Shown: one piece after another, positions 41,115 to 50,756 of the stretch
How positions within the stretch are numbered: the first letter of the stretch is position 1
Layout: the number at the start of each line of letters is the position of its first letter
DNA from: Candidatus Multivoradales bacterium
Lineage (GTDB): Bacteria; Acidobacteriota; Thermoanaerobaculia; Multivoradales; Multivoraceae
NCBI GenBank assembly: GCA_965223325.1
Contig: CBDCWI010000002.1
Span: 224,001-288,000 of the forward strand
Direction of reading: 5' to 3'
Length of the DNA: 64,000 nucleotides
Notes under the pieces: model-generated
What the model was told of the DNA's origin: nothing
Seen by the model: the letters and a program-made list of their open reading frames with translations, nothing else
The model's database searches: none
Made by a program: the position numbers and the translations under genes

Positions 41115-41702
41115 ATGAAAACCACTCCCACACGCCACATCGTGGCCTTCTCTTTGTCGTCTGCCGTGCTCATCGCGCTCGCCGGCTGCCAGCCAGCGGA
41201 CGGCCAGACCGCCGCCGCCAAAGCCACTGCTTCTGAGGTTTCCAGGCCAGGTCCCGACTGGCAGAAGCCGTCGTCAGAAGAGCTCAAAAGGACGCTGACG
41301 GGAATGCAGTACCGAGTGACTCAGGAAGACGGCACCGAGCCGGCGTTTCGCAACGAGTATTGGGACAACAAGGAGCCCGGGATCTACGTTGACATCGTGA
41401 GCGGCGAGCCGCTCTTCTCCTCGACAGAGAAGTACAAGTCAGGCACCGGCTGGCCTTCTTTCTGGGCCCCGATCGACAAAGACAGAATCGTCGAGCGCGA
41501 AGACCGCAAACTATTCATGAAGCGAGTCGAGGTGCGTTCGAGGCTTGGTGACTCACACCTTGGACACGTGTTCCCCGACGGGCCACCGCCAACCGGTCTG
41601 CGCTACTGCCTCAACTCTGCCAGTCTGCGCTTCATCCCCCGCGCCGACCTCGAACGCGAGGGCTACGGTGAGTACCAGAAGCTCTTCGAGTCCACCGAGT
41701 AG
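41115..41702 (+). CDS. msrB: Peptide methionine (R)-sulfoxide reductase, lipoprotein-anchored
   Basis: Lipobox [33 protein letters not shown]; GGAGG RBS. Confidence 0.93.
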   Translation: MKTTPTRHIVAFSLSSAVLIALAGCQPADGQTAAAKATASEVSRPGPDWQKPSSEELKRTLTGMQYRVTQEDGTEPAFRNEYWDNKEPGIYVDIVSGEPLFSSTEKYKSGTGWPSFWAPIDKDRIVEREDRKLFMKRVEVRSRLGDSHLGHVFPDGPPPTGLRYCLNSASLRFIPRADLEREGYGEYQKLFESTE

Positions 41703-41723
41703 CGCCAGCGAAAGGACAATCTC

Positions 41724-42641
41724 TCAGCGATGGCGTGGCACCGTGTGCTGCCAGTCTGCGAGGAGGGCCCGAAGGGCGGCAATGAAGGCCAGCGGCTGAT
41801 CGAGAATCAGGTGATGGTGCGCGTCGGGAATCTCGACCAGGGGCACGTTCCCGTCGAGGAGCTCGAGCATGTACTCCTGGGTCTCGGGGGGCACGACACG
41901 GCTGTACTCGCCGCGCATCAACGCGATGCGGCAACCGACGTTCACCAGGTGGTCGGCCAGTGACTCCCGTTCACGGTGCGTAAAGACCCGCGGGTCGAAT
42001 TTCCAGGTGTACTGGCCATCGCTGGTCGGTCTGAGGGAACGCCGCGCGATGTAGTCGAGAATCCAGTCGTTGCGCGCCGGTTGCTCCGGCACCAGCCTGA
42101 AGCGTTCGACCGCGGCGTCGACCGTGGGGTAGGACTTGGGATTGCGAAAGCTCCGTCCACGCTGGCCTTCGACCGATTCGGGATCCGGCCGCCGGACCGG
42201 CGAGTCGACGATGATCGCCCCCTCGAGGCGATCACCGGCGAGCGCTGCGGTGGCGATCGAAACCAAACCGCCCATGCTGTGGCCTACCAGCACCGGTCGA
42301 CCGGGGAAGTCGGCGTTCTCGGCGACCGCGAGGATCTCGGCGGCCCACTGCGCGAAGGTATAGCGCTCGCGATGCTCGCTGTCACCATGCCCCGAAAGAT
42401 CGATCGCGATGACCCGGTAGTGGTGGGTGAGCTGCGGCGCCAGGAAGCTCCACCAGTGGGCGTGCGCGGCGCCACCGTGCACCAGGATGAGTCCGGGCCG
42501 GGCAGGGTCGCCCCAGGCCAAAAAGGAAATGCGCACTCCCTCGACCTGGGCAAAGTGCTGCCGCGAAGGCACCGCGAGAGCCCGCCGGAACCAGGCTGGG
42601 GCCGAACGCTCGGTGGGAGCTCGATCGGACAGGGCGCTCAA
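41724..42641 (-). CDS. Alpha/beta hydrolase
   Basis: HGGAAH, GHGDS, GHSMGG nucleophile, terminal His; TTG overlaps the upstream stop. Confidence 0.88.
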   Translation of the reverse strand: MSALSDRAPTERSAPAWFRRALAVPSRQHFAQVEGVRISFLAWGDPARPGLILVHGGAAHAHWWSFLAPQLTHHYRVIAIDLSGHGDSEHRERYTFAQWAAEILAVAENADFPGRPVLVGHSMGGLVSIATAALAGDRLEGAIIVDSPVRRPDPESVEGQRGRSFRNPKSYPTVDAAVERFRLVPEQPARNDWILDYIARRSLRPTSDGQYTWKFDPRVFTHRERESLADHLVNVGCRIALMRGEYSRVVPPETQEYMLELLDGNVPLVEIPDAHHHLILDQPLAFIAALRALLADWQHTVPRHR

Positions 42642-43501
42642 TCCTCGCCGAGCGGGCGGTAGTCCTCGTCGTCCCACCAGGGCCAGTAGTCGGGCATGTC
42701 CTGGGAAACCTTCATTGGAAAGTCGGGCGAGCGCTTTTCGAGGAAGGAATTGACCCCTTCGGCGGCATCGGCGCTCCGGCCGCGGTGGTAGATCCCCTGC
42801 GACTCGATGCGATGACCCATCATCGGCGACGAGGCGGGGAGCTGGCGCCAGAGCATGTGCCGAGTGAGTGCCACCGACACCGGGGCGGCATTGTCACGGA
42901 TTTCCCGCGCGATTTCGGTTGCCCTCTCGAGCAGGTCATCATGGGCGACGACCTGGCTCACCAGACCTCCCCGCAGGGCCTCCTGGGCGTCGAAGACCCG
43001 CCCGGTCAACGCCCATTCGCTGGCCTGCGAGATGCCGACGACGCGCGGCAAGAAGAAGGAGCTGCAAGCCTCTGGAACCATCCCACGGCGAACGAACACG
43101 AACCCCATGCGGGCGCGCTCGGAGGCAATGCGAATGTCCATGGGTAGCGTCATGGTGATGCCGACCCCTACTGCCGGCCCGTTGATGGCCGCGATCACGG
43201 GCTTGCGCTGCTTCCAGATCGCCAGTGCGGTGCGGCCACCACCATCGCGGTAGGTGTCGATCGACTCGCCGGATGAGAACGTACTGCCACCAGAAGAAAG
43301 GTCCGCTCCAGCGCAGAAGCCACGGCCGGCACCGGTGACGAGGATGGCGCGCACGTCGTCGTTCTCGTCGGCGCGCTCGAACGCCTCGATGAGTTCCCTT
43401 TGCATGGTGCCGGTATAGGCGTTGAGTTTCTCGGGGCGGTTCAAGGTAATCGTCAGGATCCCCTCGTCGAGTCCCCAGTGAATGTGTTGGTAGTCGGTCA
43501 T
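42638..43501 (-). CDS. Crotonase/enoyl-CoA hydratase family protein
   Basis: LNRPEKLNA, FCAGADL, KPVIAAING. Confidence 0.92.
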   Translation of the reverse strand: MTDYQHIHWGLDEGILTITLNRPEKLNAYTGTMQRELIEAFERADENDDVRAILVTGAGRGFCAGADLSSGGSTFSSGESIDTYRDGGGRTALAIWKQRKPVIAAINGPAVGVGITMTLPMDIRIASERARMGFVFVRRGMVPEACSSFFLPRVVGISQASEWALTGRVFDAQEALRGGLVSQVVAHDDLLERATEIAREIRDNAAPVSVALTRHMLWRQLPASSPMMGHRIESQGIYHRGRSADAAEGVNSFLEKRSPDFPMKVSQDMPDYWPWWDDEDYRPLGED

Positions 43502-43521
43502 TGCGATGGTCTCCGGTTGGT

Positions 43522-44811
43522 TCAGAGTCCTGGCACCGGGTAGGCAAGGCAGAAGGTCTCGATCTCAGAACGGAGCGCAGCAAGGCGCTCCGGGTCGTCG
43601 TGACTGCCGAGCGCCTGATTGATCCAGTCGCCAACCTTCTGCATCTCGGAGACGCCGAAACCCCGCGTCGTCGGAGCGGGGGTTCCGAGACGAATGCCGC
43701 TCGGCCGGAGGGGCGGGTTGGGGTCGTCAGGAATGAGCTGTTTGTTGACCGTGATGCTGACCGCATCGAGGGTCTCCTCGCCAACCCGCCCGTCGATGCC
43801 GTAGGACTCGAGAGTGTTGAGCACCATGAGATGGTTCTCGGTACCGCCAGTCACCAGCGTCGCGCCGTGGCCGATGAGGTTCTCGGCCAGGGCCGTTGCG
43901 TTGGTGAGGACGTTCTTGGCATAGGTCGCGAACTCCGGCTCGAGCGCCTTCTTGAGTGTCACCGCAACTGCCGCGACTGCGTGCATGTGCGGCCCACCCT
44001 GGAGCCCGGGAAAAACCGCCTTGTCGATCGCCTTCTTATACTCCTTCTTCGACAGGATCATGCCGCCACGCGGACCACGCAGCGACTTGTGAGTGGTCGT
44101 GGTCATGACGTCGAAGCCATGATCGAGCGGGTTCTCGAGGGCGTTACCAGCAATTAAACCACCCACGTGCGAGACGTCGGCCATGGTGAGTGCGCCGACC
44201 TCAGAAGCGATGCGGCGAAACGCCGCGTAGTCGTACTCGCGTGGATAGGAGGAATGGCCACAGAGGATCAACTTCGGCTGATGCTGTTTGGCGAGCGCCA
44301 ATACCTCGTCATAGTCGATCGAACCGTCGCTGGGATCGGTCTTGTAGCGGTAGAACTCGAAGACTTTTCCCATGTGGCTCACCGGCGCCCCGTGGGTCAG
44401 GTGCCCGCCATGCGACAGGTCCATTGCCAGCACCCGATCACCGGGCTCGAGCAACGCGAAGTAGACCGCCTGGTTCATTGGCGACCCGGAAAGCGGCTGA
44501 ACGTTGGCAGCTCCAGCGCGAAAGACCTTCTTCGCGCGCCGAATCGCCAGCCGCTCGACCGCATCCGTGAACTCCTGCCCACCGTAGTAACGCCGCCCAG
44601 GGTACCCCTCGGCGTACTTGTTGGTGAGCACCGAGCCATTGCAGGCGAAGACCTCGGGGTAGGTGTAGTTCTCCGACGGGATCAACTCGACCCCACGACG
44701 CTCACGGTCCTCCTCACCAACCAGGGCGAGATGAACCTCAGGATCGTATTGAGCGAGCGCTTCGCGGTGCGCGCGCGCCAAGGCAAAGTGGCGTTCAGGG
44801 GCGTCAGACAT
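43522..44811 (-). CDS. glyA: Serine hydroxymethyltransferase
   Basis: ELIPSENY, NKYAEGYPGRRYYGG, TTTHKSLRGPRGG. Confidence 0.97.
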   Translation of the reverse strand: MSDAPERHFALARAHREALAQYDPEVHLALVGEEDRERRGVELIPSENYTYPEVFACNGSVLTNKYAEGYPGRRYYGGQEFTDAVERLAIRRAKKVFRAGAANVQPLSGSPMNQAVYFALLEPGDRVLAMDLSHGGHLTHGAPVSHMGKVFEFYRYKTDPSDGSIDYDEVLALAKQHQPKLILCGHSSYPREYDYAAFRRIASEVGALTMADVSHVGGLIAGNALENPLDHGFDVMTTTTHKSLRGPRGGMILSKKEYKKAIDKAVFPGLQGGPHMHAVAAVAVTLKKALEPEFATYAKNVLTNATALAENLIGHGATLVTGGTENHLMVLNTLESYGIDGRVGEETLDAVSITVNKQLIPDDPNPPLRPSGIRLGTPAPTTRGFGVSEMQKVGDWINQALGSHDDPERLAALRSEIETFCLAYPVPGL

Positions 44812-44854
44812 AGGCGGTGCCTCCAGAGTCCATCGTCAAAGGGTGTCCGGTGGC

Positions 44855-44941
44855 GTCGCCCAGGCGAGCGGCAACGATGCGGTGAATCACGGGCTCCCCG
44901 GTGGTCGCTTCCACCTCTCCGTCGCCAGTTGCGCCGTGATC
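44855..44941 (-). ncRNA. ZMP/ZTP riboswitch (pfl motif)
   Basis: Minus strand reads ATCACGGCGCAACTGGCG..GGTGG..CCACCGGGGAGCCCGTGAT..GCCGCTCGCCTGGGC, the ZTP consensus, upstream of glyA. Confidence 0.9.
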
Positions 44942-44974
44942 GATCTCTTCTCTTCGGTTCGACCGGAATCTACC

Positions 44975-45697
44975 CCGTGCCCGGGCGAAACGCTAACGCA
45001 GCGTCGGCGGGCCGCACCCCACCGGGGGGTAACGCCAAGACACTCCCTCTCAAAGATCCCGACATCGACCACGGTCGCCCCGCCCTAACAAGAAACCCCA
45101 TCCGTCTAGATGCCGCGGCCGATCGTCGCCGTGCCCGGGCGAAATGCAGCGCCGGTGGGCTGGACGCCACCCGAGGGGTGACGCCAAGACACTCTCCCTC
45201 TCAGAGATCCCGACATCAACCACGGTCGCCCCGCCCTAGCAAGAAACCCCATCCGTCTAGATGCCGCGGCCAACTCGGTACATCGAGAGCGGGGGAGGGC
45301 GCGTGGGCGACGGTCCAGGGCTCTCTCGACGGCCGCACCGGCACAGCCAGCGCAGGCGGCAAACGACGGGCGGCCGTCGAGCGAAGGCGGCGCCGGTGAA
45401 CTGCACGCCACCCGAAGGGTGACGCCAAGACACTCTCCCTCTCAGAGATCCCGACATCAACCACGGTCGCCCCGCCCTAACAAGAAACCCCATCCGTCTA
45501 GATGCCGCGGCCAACTCGGTACATCGAGAGCGGGGGAGGGCGCGTGGGCGACGGTCCAGGGCTCTCTCGACGGCCGCACCGGCACAGCCAGCGCAGGCGG
45601 CAAACGACGGGCGGCCGTCGAGCGAAGGCGGCGCCCGCTGTGGAAGTCCGAAGAAGCGTCGCCGTGCCCTGGACCGTCGCCCACCGCCCTCCCCCGC
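44975..45697. repeat. Mosaic tandem repeat with nested inverted repeats (REP/MITE-like)
   Basis: Core of about 90 bp at 45032, 45181 and 45422; 241-bp period between copies 2 and 3; inverted repeat 45530-45562 / 45666-45697. Confidence 0.9.
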
Positions 45698-45773
45698 GGT
45701 GCTCCAACCCCGAACCTTCATCATCCAAGAAACAACAACGAGAAGAAGAAAGCGGCAAGGACGGGGTTTCGCG

Positions 45774-45790
45774 CCGACCGAATGGTCGGT
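45774..45790. promoter_or_regulatory. Putative TetR operator
   Basis: Overlapping palindromes CCGACC-N4-GGTCGG and ACCGA-N4-TCGGT, about 100 bp upstream of the TetR gene. Confidence 0.6.
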
Positions 45791-45886
45791 AGGATGGGGG
45801 GACTTCTACTCTTGCGCTCGGGCGGTGCCGGTTGGTGCTGCGACGATAGCCGAGCCGCTCAACAACTCGAGAGACTCCAACTCCCC

Positions 45887-46501
45887 ATGGCAGCCGACAG
45901 CTCGACCGACGCCAGCCAGGCCGATGCGCGCAGAGCGCAGATCTACGTCGAGGCCGCGCGGATCTTCCAGACCAAGGGGTACCACGCCACCTCGATTCAC
46001 GAAATCGCGGAAGCCGTGCACCTCACCAAGGCCGGTCTGTACTACTACATCAAGGGCAAGCAGGACCTGCTCTTCCAGATCATGAACTTCGCCATGGACA
46101 TGCTGGAAGAAAGAGTCGTCAAAGAATCCGAGGCCGGGGAGACCGCCGTCGACCGACTGCGCCTCCTGATCTCGGCGCACGCTGCTCTGGTTGCCGGGGG
46201 CAACGGTTCGTTGACCATCCTGGTCAACGAACTCGAAGGGCTCACCGACGATCACCGCGAGCAGATCGTCGCCCGGCAGCGCAACTACGTCGACCACGTG
46301 AGGCGCTCCGTCGTTGCCGTGCAGCAAGAAGGTAAACTGACAGGCACCGATCCAACCGTTGCGGCGTTCGGACTCCTCGGAATGGTCCTGTGGATCTCGC
46401 GCTGGTACCGACCCGGCGGGCGCCTCTCGACTTCCGAGGTGGTCGAACAGATCACCGGCCTGGCAACGGCGGCGATGGGCCTTCCTCCCGAGGAAAGTTG
46501 A
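45887..46501 (+). CDS. TetR family regulator (KstR2/PaaR-like)
   Basis: HTH KGYHATSIHEIA..TKAGLYYY..K; C-terminal WISRWYRPGG. Confidence 0.9.
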   Translation: MAADSSTDASQADARRAQIYVEAARIFQTKGYHATSIHEIAEAVHLTKAGLYYYIKGKQDLLFQIMNFAMDMLEERVVKESEAGETAVDRLRLLISAHAALVAGGNGSLTILVNELEGLTDDHREQIVARQRNYVDHVRRSVVAVQQEGKLTGTDPTVAAFGLLGMVLWISRWYRPGGRLSTSEVVEQITGLATAAMGLPPEES

Positions 46502-46598
46502 GCCCCTCCCGAGGAGATCTGAGCCTCAAACCGCCCGCTTCAACCCTCTCGTTCATCCCTTCGTTCCTTCATACCCGCACTGCAACTGTTGGAGAGCC

Positions 46599-47411
46599 AT
46601 GAACATTCTGGTGTGCATAAAACAGATTCTCGACCCGGACCTTCCGGCGCGAGACTTCAAGATCGATCCCGATGCCAAGGAGGCGGTGCGCGGCGGCGCC
46701 AACCTGGTCACCAACATATTCTGCGAGAACGCTCTCGAAACCGCGCTGCAGCTTCGCGAGAAGATCGGCGAAGGCGCCAAGGTCACTGCGATCTGCTACG
46801 GCGGTTCCGACGCCGAAGATTCGCTGCGCAAGGCGCTTGCGATGACCGTCGACGAGGCGATCCTGGTCGAGCGGGAGGGCAACGAGAAGCCCGATGCGGC
46901 GACGGTTGCCAAGGTCCTTGCGGCGGCGATCAAGAAGACCGGCGACTTTGGTCTCGTGATGGTCGGCCGCGAGTCGGGTGACTGGGGTGTTGGGCAGACC
47001 GGTGGTCTGCTTGCCGGTGAGCTCGATATTCCGGCCCTTGCCATGGTCGACAACATCGAACCTTCTGGAAGCGGTTTGACCTTCCAGCGCCAGACGGACA
47101 ACGGCACGGAGACCGCCGAGGCCAGCGGCCCCGCCCTGGTCTTGATCACCAACGCCGAGCACAACGTACCGCGAATTCCCAAGACCCGTGACGTGATGAT
47201 GTCGTACCGCAAGCCACTCGAGAAGTGGCCGGTTGCCGATCTCGGTCTCGATGCCGCCGAGATCGCGGCGGGAGTGTCGCACTGGGAGGTCGTCGAGCTT
47301 TCGATTCCCACCAAGGACATTCAGGTCGAGCTCGTCGAGGGAGACTCCGTCGACGAGAAAGTTCAGAAGTTCGCCGAGAAAGTCCACGCCATCGTCTCGT
47401 CTGTGAGTTGA
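46599..47411 (+). CDS. etfB: Electron transfer flavoprotein beta subunit
   Basis: MNILVCIKQ, ALETAL, LRKALAM, PRIP. Confidence 0.93.
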   Translation: MNILVCIKQILDPDLPARDFKIDPDAKEAVRGGANLVTNIFCENALETALQLREKIGEGAKVTAICYGGSDAEDSLRKALAMTVDEAILVEREGNEKPDAATVAKVLAAAIKKTGDFGLVMVGRESGDWGVGQTGGLLAGELDIPALAMVDNIEPSGSGLTFQRQTDNGTETAEASGPALVLITNAEHNVPRIPKTRDVMMSYRKPLEKWPVADLGLDAAEIAAGVSHWEVVELSIPTKDIQVELVEGDSVDEKVQKFAEKVHAIVSSVS

Positions 47412-47425
47412 GGAGCTAGAGAGCA

Positions 47426-48385
47426 ATGAGCAACGTCATCATCGCAGTCTTCGGAGAGAACGGTTGGGACAGAAGCACCCAGGGAGTCGCTGGCACCGCC
47501 CAGCGCCTGGCCGCGCAACTCGGTGGCGAGATTGGTGCCATCGTGGTTGGTCCCGCGAGCGACGATCTGACCGCCGGCCTCGCCGGCGTCGCCAAGACCG
47601 TGCGGGTCGCCGATAGCATCAGCGAGTACCAGCCTGAGACGGCAATCGCGGCCTTCGAACAGCTCGCCCGTGATCAGAACGCCACCGCGATTCTGTTTGG
47701 CAACGACATCTATTCCCAGGAGGTCGTGCCGAGCCTCGCGCATCGCCTCGGCGGCGTATCGATGGCCGACGCCATCGACCTGAAGGCCGAGGGTGGCCAG
47801 GTCCAGGTAGCGCGCAACGCCTACGGTGGGAAGGCGATCTCGATCTACGCCATGAAGGCGTCACCGGCCGTGATCTGGGTGCGCGCTCGGGCGCTACCGG
47901 TACCCGAAACGTCCGATGCAGGTGGCGCGGTCGAAACCGTCGCGGTCGATCTGCCAGAGCCGCGCATCAAGATCACCGAGCGTCGTATCGAAGAGAGCGA
48001 AGGGCTCCGTCTCGAAGACGCCAGCATCGTCGTTTCGGGGGGGCGTGGGCTCGGCGGTCCCGGTCCGTTCGAGAACGAGCTCAAGGAACTCGCCGACACG
48101 ATCGGTGCTGCACAGGGTGCCTCACGCGCCGCTTGCGATGCCGGTTGGGTTCCTCCCAACTGGCAGGTCGGGCAGACGGGGAAAAAGGTTGCCCCTGAGC
48201 TCTACGTCGCCATCGCGATCTCGGGTGCCAGCCAGCATCTTCTCGGCATGGGTGACTCCAAGGTCATCTGCGCGATCAATACCGATGCCGACGCACCGAT
48301 CTTCAAGCACTGTTCCTTTGGCATCGTCGAGGACTATGCCAACGTCGTCGCACCGCTGACGGAGAAGCTGAAGACCATGAGCTAG
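47426..48385 (+). CDS. etfA: Electron transfer flavoprotein alpha subunit
   Basis: [31 protein letters not shown]. Confidence 0.95.
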   Translation: MSNVIIAVFGENGWDRSTQGVAGTAQRLAAQLGGEIGAIVVGPASDDLTAGLAGVAKTVRVADSISEYQPETAIAAFEQLARDQNATAILFGNDIYSQEVVPSLAHRLGGVSMADAIDLKAEGGQVQVARNAYGGKAISIYAMKASPAVIWVRARALPVPETSDAGGAVETVAVDLPEPRIKITERRIEESEGLRLEDASIVVSGGRGLGGPGPFENELKELADTIGAAQGASRAACDAGWVPPNWQVGQTGKKVAPELYVAIAISGASQHLLGMGDSKVICAINTDADAPIFKHCSFGIVEDYANVVAPLTEKLKTMS

Positions 48386-48519
48386 CCTGCGCGCGGAGCG
48401 CGGTAGAATGCCGGTACCGTAGAGAAACAGCGCGCAACACCGGAGGTCGCTTCGTCTGGATCGGCCTTTGGTTTCAACGATCCGAACCCGCGCTCGTTGG
48501 GTTCGCGAGGGAGAGTTGG

Positions 48520-50601
48520 ATGGACGTATCGCAGGCCACCCGTGAGGTCTACTGGAACATTCCTTACCACGGTGCGCTGTACCTGTTTCTGGTACCCACG
48601 CTGGTCATCATGGGTTGGGGTCTGTGGAAGCGCGTCCGCATCTGGCGTACTGGAGCGCCAGCGATGCGCTTCGACCGCATCGGCGAGCGCCTCGACATGT
48701 TCGCGGCGAACGTCGTGCTTCAGGCTCGGACGGTGCGCAACCGCTACGCAGCCTTCTTTCACACCGGCCTGATCCTCGGCTTCCTGGTGCTCTTGGCGGC
48801 CACTACCGTGGTTGCGATCTATGAGTACTCGGAGAAGCTGGCGGTCCAGATTCCGATCATGGAGGGCTGGTTCTACCTCCTCTTTCAGAGCCTGATCGTC
48901 GATGCCTTCGGCCTCTGGGTGGTGATCGGGGTTGGTCTTGCAATGGCCCGCCGCTTCGTCCAGAAACCCGCCAAGCTCATCTACACCAGCGAAGCGAACA
49001 TCATTCTGTGGTTGATCTTCGCGATCGCGGTGACCGGGTTTCTGGTCGAGGGTTGGCGCATCGCGGTGACGGACGATCCCTGGGGCCTCTGGTCGCCGGT
49101 GGGCTGGCTCACGGCCCAGGCCTCAGACGCCTTCCTTTCCGACAGCGCGATGAAGACCCTGCACCGCGGCACCTGGTGGTTTCACATGTTGGTGTCTTTC
49201 GGGTTTCTGGCCTACGCGCCGTATACCAAGATGGCGCACGTGCTGACCTCGCCGCTCAACATCTTCACCGCCAACCTCGACGGCCCCGGGGGAGCGCTCG
49301 AGGTGATCGACTTCGAGAAGGCGCCGGTCCTGGGCTTCAACTCGCTCGAGCAGCTGTCGTGGAAGGGGCTACTCGATCTCGATGCGTGCACCGAGTGTGG
49401 GCGCTGCACCGCTGTGTGCCCGGCCAACACGGTCGGCAAGGAGCTCTCGCCGCGCGATGTGATCGTCGACCTACGCACCCTCATGCACCAGAGTTCTGAG
49501 ACGCTGCTGGCACTGGGCGGAAACGACACCAACGGCGACGGCGAGGCGGCATCGACCGACGGCGCGCCGGCGGCAGCGATCCCTGTTCTGCGCGAGGATC
49601 ACGCGGTACGCGCCGAAACGATGTTCCAGTGCACGACCTGTGCAGCTTGCATGGAAGCCTGCCCGGTTTTCATCGAGCACATCCCCAAGATCGTCGGCAC
49701 CAGGCGCTACATGGTGATGGAGGAGGCCGAGTTCCCCGAAGGCATGATGGCCGCGGTGACTTCACTCGAAAGTCGAAAGCATCCCTTCCCGGGCACGCAG
49801 TTCTCGCGCACCGACTGGGCCGAAGGGCTCGAGATTCCGGTCCTGTCTGAGATGGACAACCCCAGCGAGGCCGAGGTGCTGTTCTGGGTCGGCTGCGGGC
49901 CAGCGCTGGTCGAACGCAACCATGGAAGTGTGCAGGCGACGGCGAAGTTGCTCCAGGAGGCAGGCGTCAAGTTTGCCATTCTCGGCCGTGAGGAACACTG
50001 CAACGGCGATCCGGCACGCCGCATCGGGAACGAGTTCCTGTTCGAGATGCTCGCCAACGAGAACGTCAGCACGCTGGGCAAGTACGGCGTCAAGCAGATC
50101 GTCACCTCCTGTCCGCACTGTTTCAACACCTTCAAGAACGAGTACCCCGACTTCGGGGGCGACTACCAAGTGCATCACCACAGCGAGTTCCTCGCCGCGC
50201 TGCTCGACGACGGCAAGCTGACGCGCAAGCGTCGCACCAGCCGGGAGGTCACATTCCATGACCCCTGCTACCTCGGTCGCCACAATGGCCGCTACAACGA
50301 GCCCCGTCGGGTGCTCGAGCAGTCGGCCCGGCATCGGGTCGAGATGGGTCGCAGCGGCAGCAAGAGCTTTTGCTGCGGTGGCGGTGGCGGCATGATGTTC
50401 GTCGACGAGCCGCCCGACCAGCGCGTCAACCAGGAGCGGGCGGAGGAGGCCCTCGCTACCGGGGCCGACGTCGTTGCGGTGGGCTGCCCGTTCTGCGCCA
50501 CCATGCTCGACGACGGGGTCGCGGCGCGCAAGGGTGACCGCGAGATGGCGGTGGTCGATATCGCCGAGTTGCTGCTCGATGCGGTCGAGGGCGGAGCCTA
50601 G
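48520..50601 (+). CDS. Membrane heme-b / 4Fe-4S / CCG oxidoreductase (FadF/EMO/EtfD-like)
   Basis: NarI-like TMs with His, CTECGRC..CP, CTTCAAC..CP, HCNG, CPHC, HDPC, CCGGGGG, CPFC. Confidence 0.9.
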   Translation: MDVSQATREVYWNIPYHGALYLFLVPTLVIMGWGLWKRVRIWRTGAPAMRFDRIGERLDMFAANVVLQARTVRNRYAAFFHTGLILGFLVLLAATTVVAIYEYSEKLAVQIPIMEGWFYLLFQSLIVDAFGLWVVIGVGLAMARRFVQKPAKLIYTSEANIILWLIFAIAVTGFLVEGWRIAVTDDPWGLWSPVGWLTAQASDAFLSDSAMKTLHRGTWWFHMLVSFGFLAYAPYTKMAHVLTSPLNIFTANLDGPGGALEVIDFEKAPVLGFNSLEQLSWKGLLDLDACTECGRCTAVCPANTVGKELSPRDVIVDLRTLMHQSSETLLALGGNDTNGDGEAASTDGAPAAAIPVLREDHAVRAETMFQCTTCAACMEACPVFIEHIPKIVGTRRYMVMEEAEFPEGMMAAVTSLESRKHPFPGTQFSRTDWAEGLEIPVLSEMDNPSEAEVLFWVGCGPALVERNHGSVQATAKLLQEAGVKFAILGREEHCNGDPARRIGNEFLFEMLANENVSTLGKYGVKQIVTSCPHCFNTFKNEYPDFGGDYQVHHHSEFLAALLDDGKLTRKRRTSREVTFHDPCYLGRHNGRYNEPRRVLEQSARHRVEMGRSGSKSFCCGGGGGMMFVDEPPDQRVNQERAEEALATGADVVAVGCPFCATMLDDGVAARKGDREMAVVDIAELLLDAVEGGA

Positions 50602-50705
50602 AAGCCAAGCGCCTGCCGAGGTCCTGCTCTCCTTTTCGTCAGGAGAGTCGCGGGGGGGTGAGGGAGGGAGGGCGAGAAGCGGCCAGGGACCCCTCAGGGG
50701 CCAAC

Positions 50706-50756
50706 TTGCGCTCGCTTGCCTCCACCTGTATCCTTTCATCCGAATCATCGGATGAA
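50706..50756 (+). promoter_or_regulatory. sigma70 promoter plus palindromic SahR-type operator
   Basis: TTGCGC-N17-TATCCT followed directly by TTCATCCGA-N4-TCGGATGAA. Confidence 0.7.

Noticed and set aside
44975-45697. CRISPR array
   Set aside because: Units are 90-241 bp, intervening parts are themselves repeated, and there are no cas genes
45419-45886. N-terminal extension of TetR and small ORFs in the repeat
   Set aside because: Translation of GC-rich repeat DNA with no protein-like features
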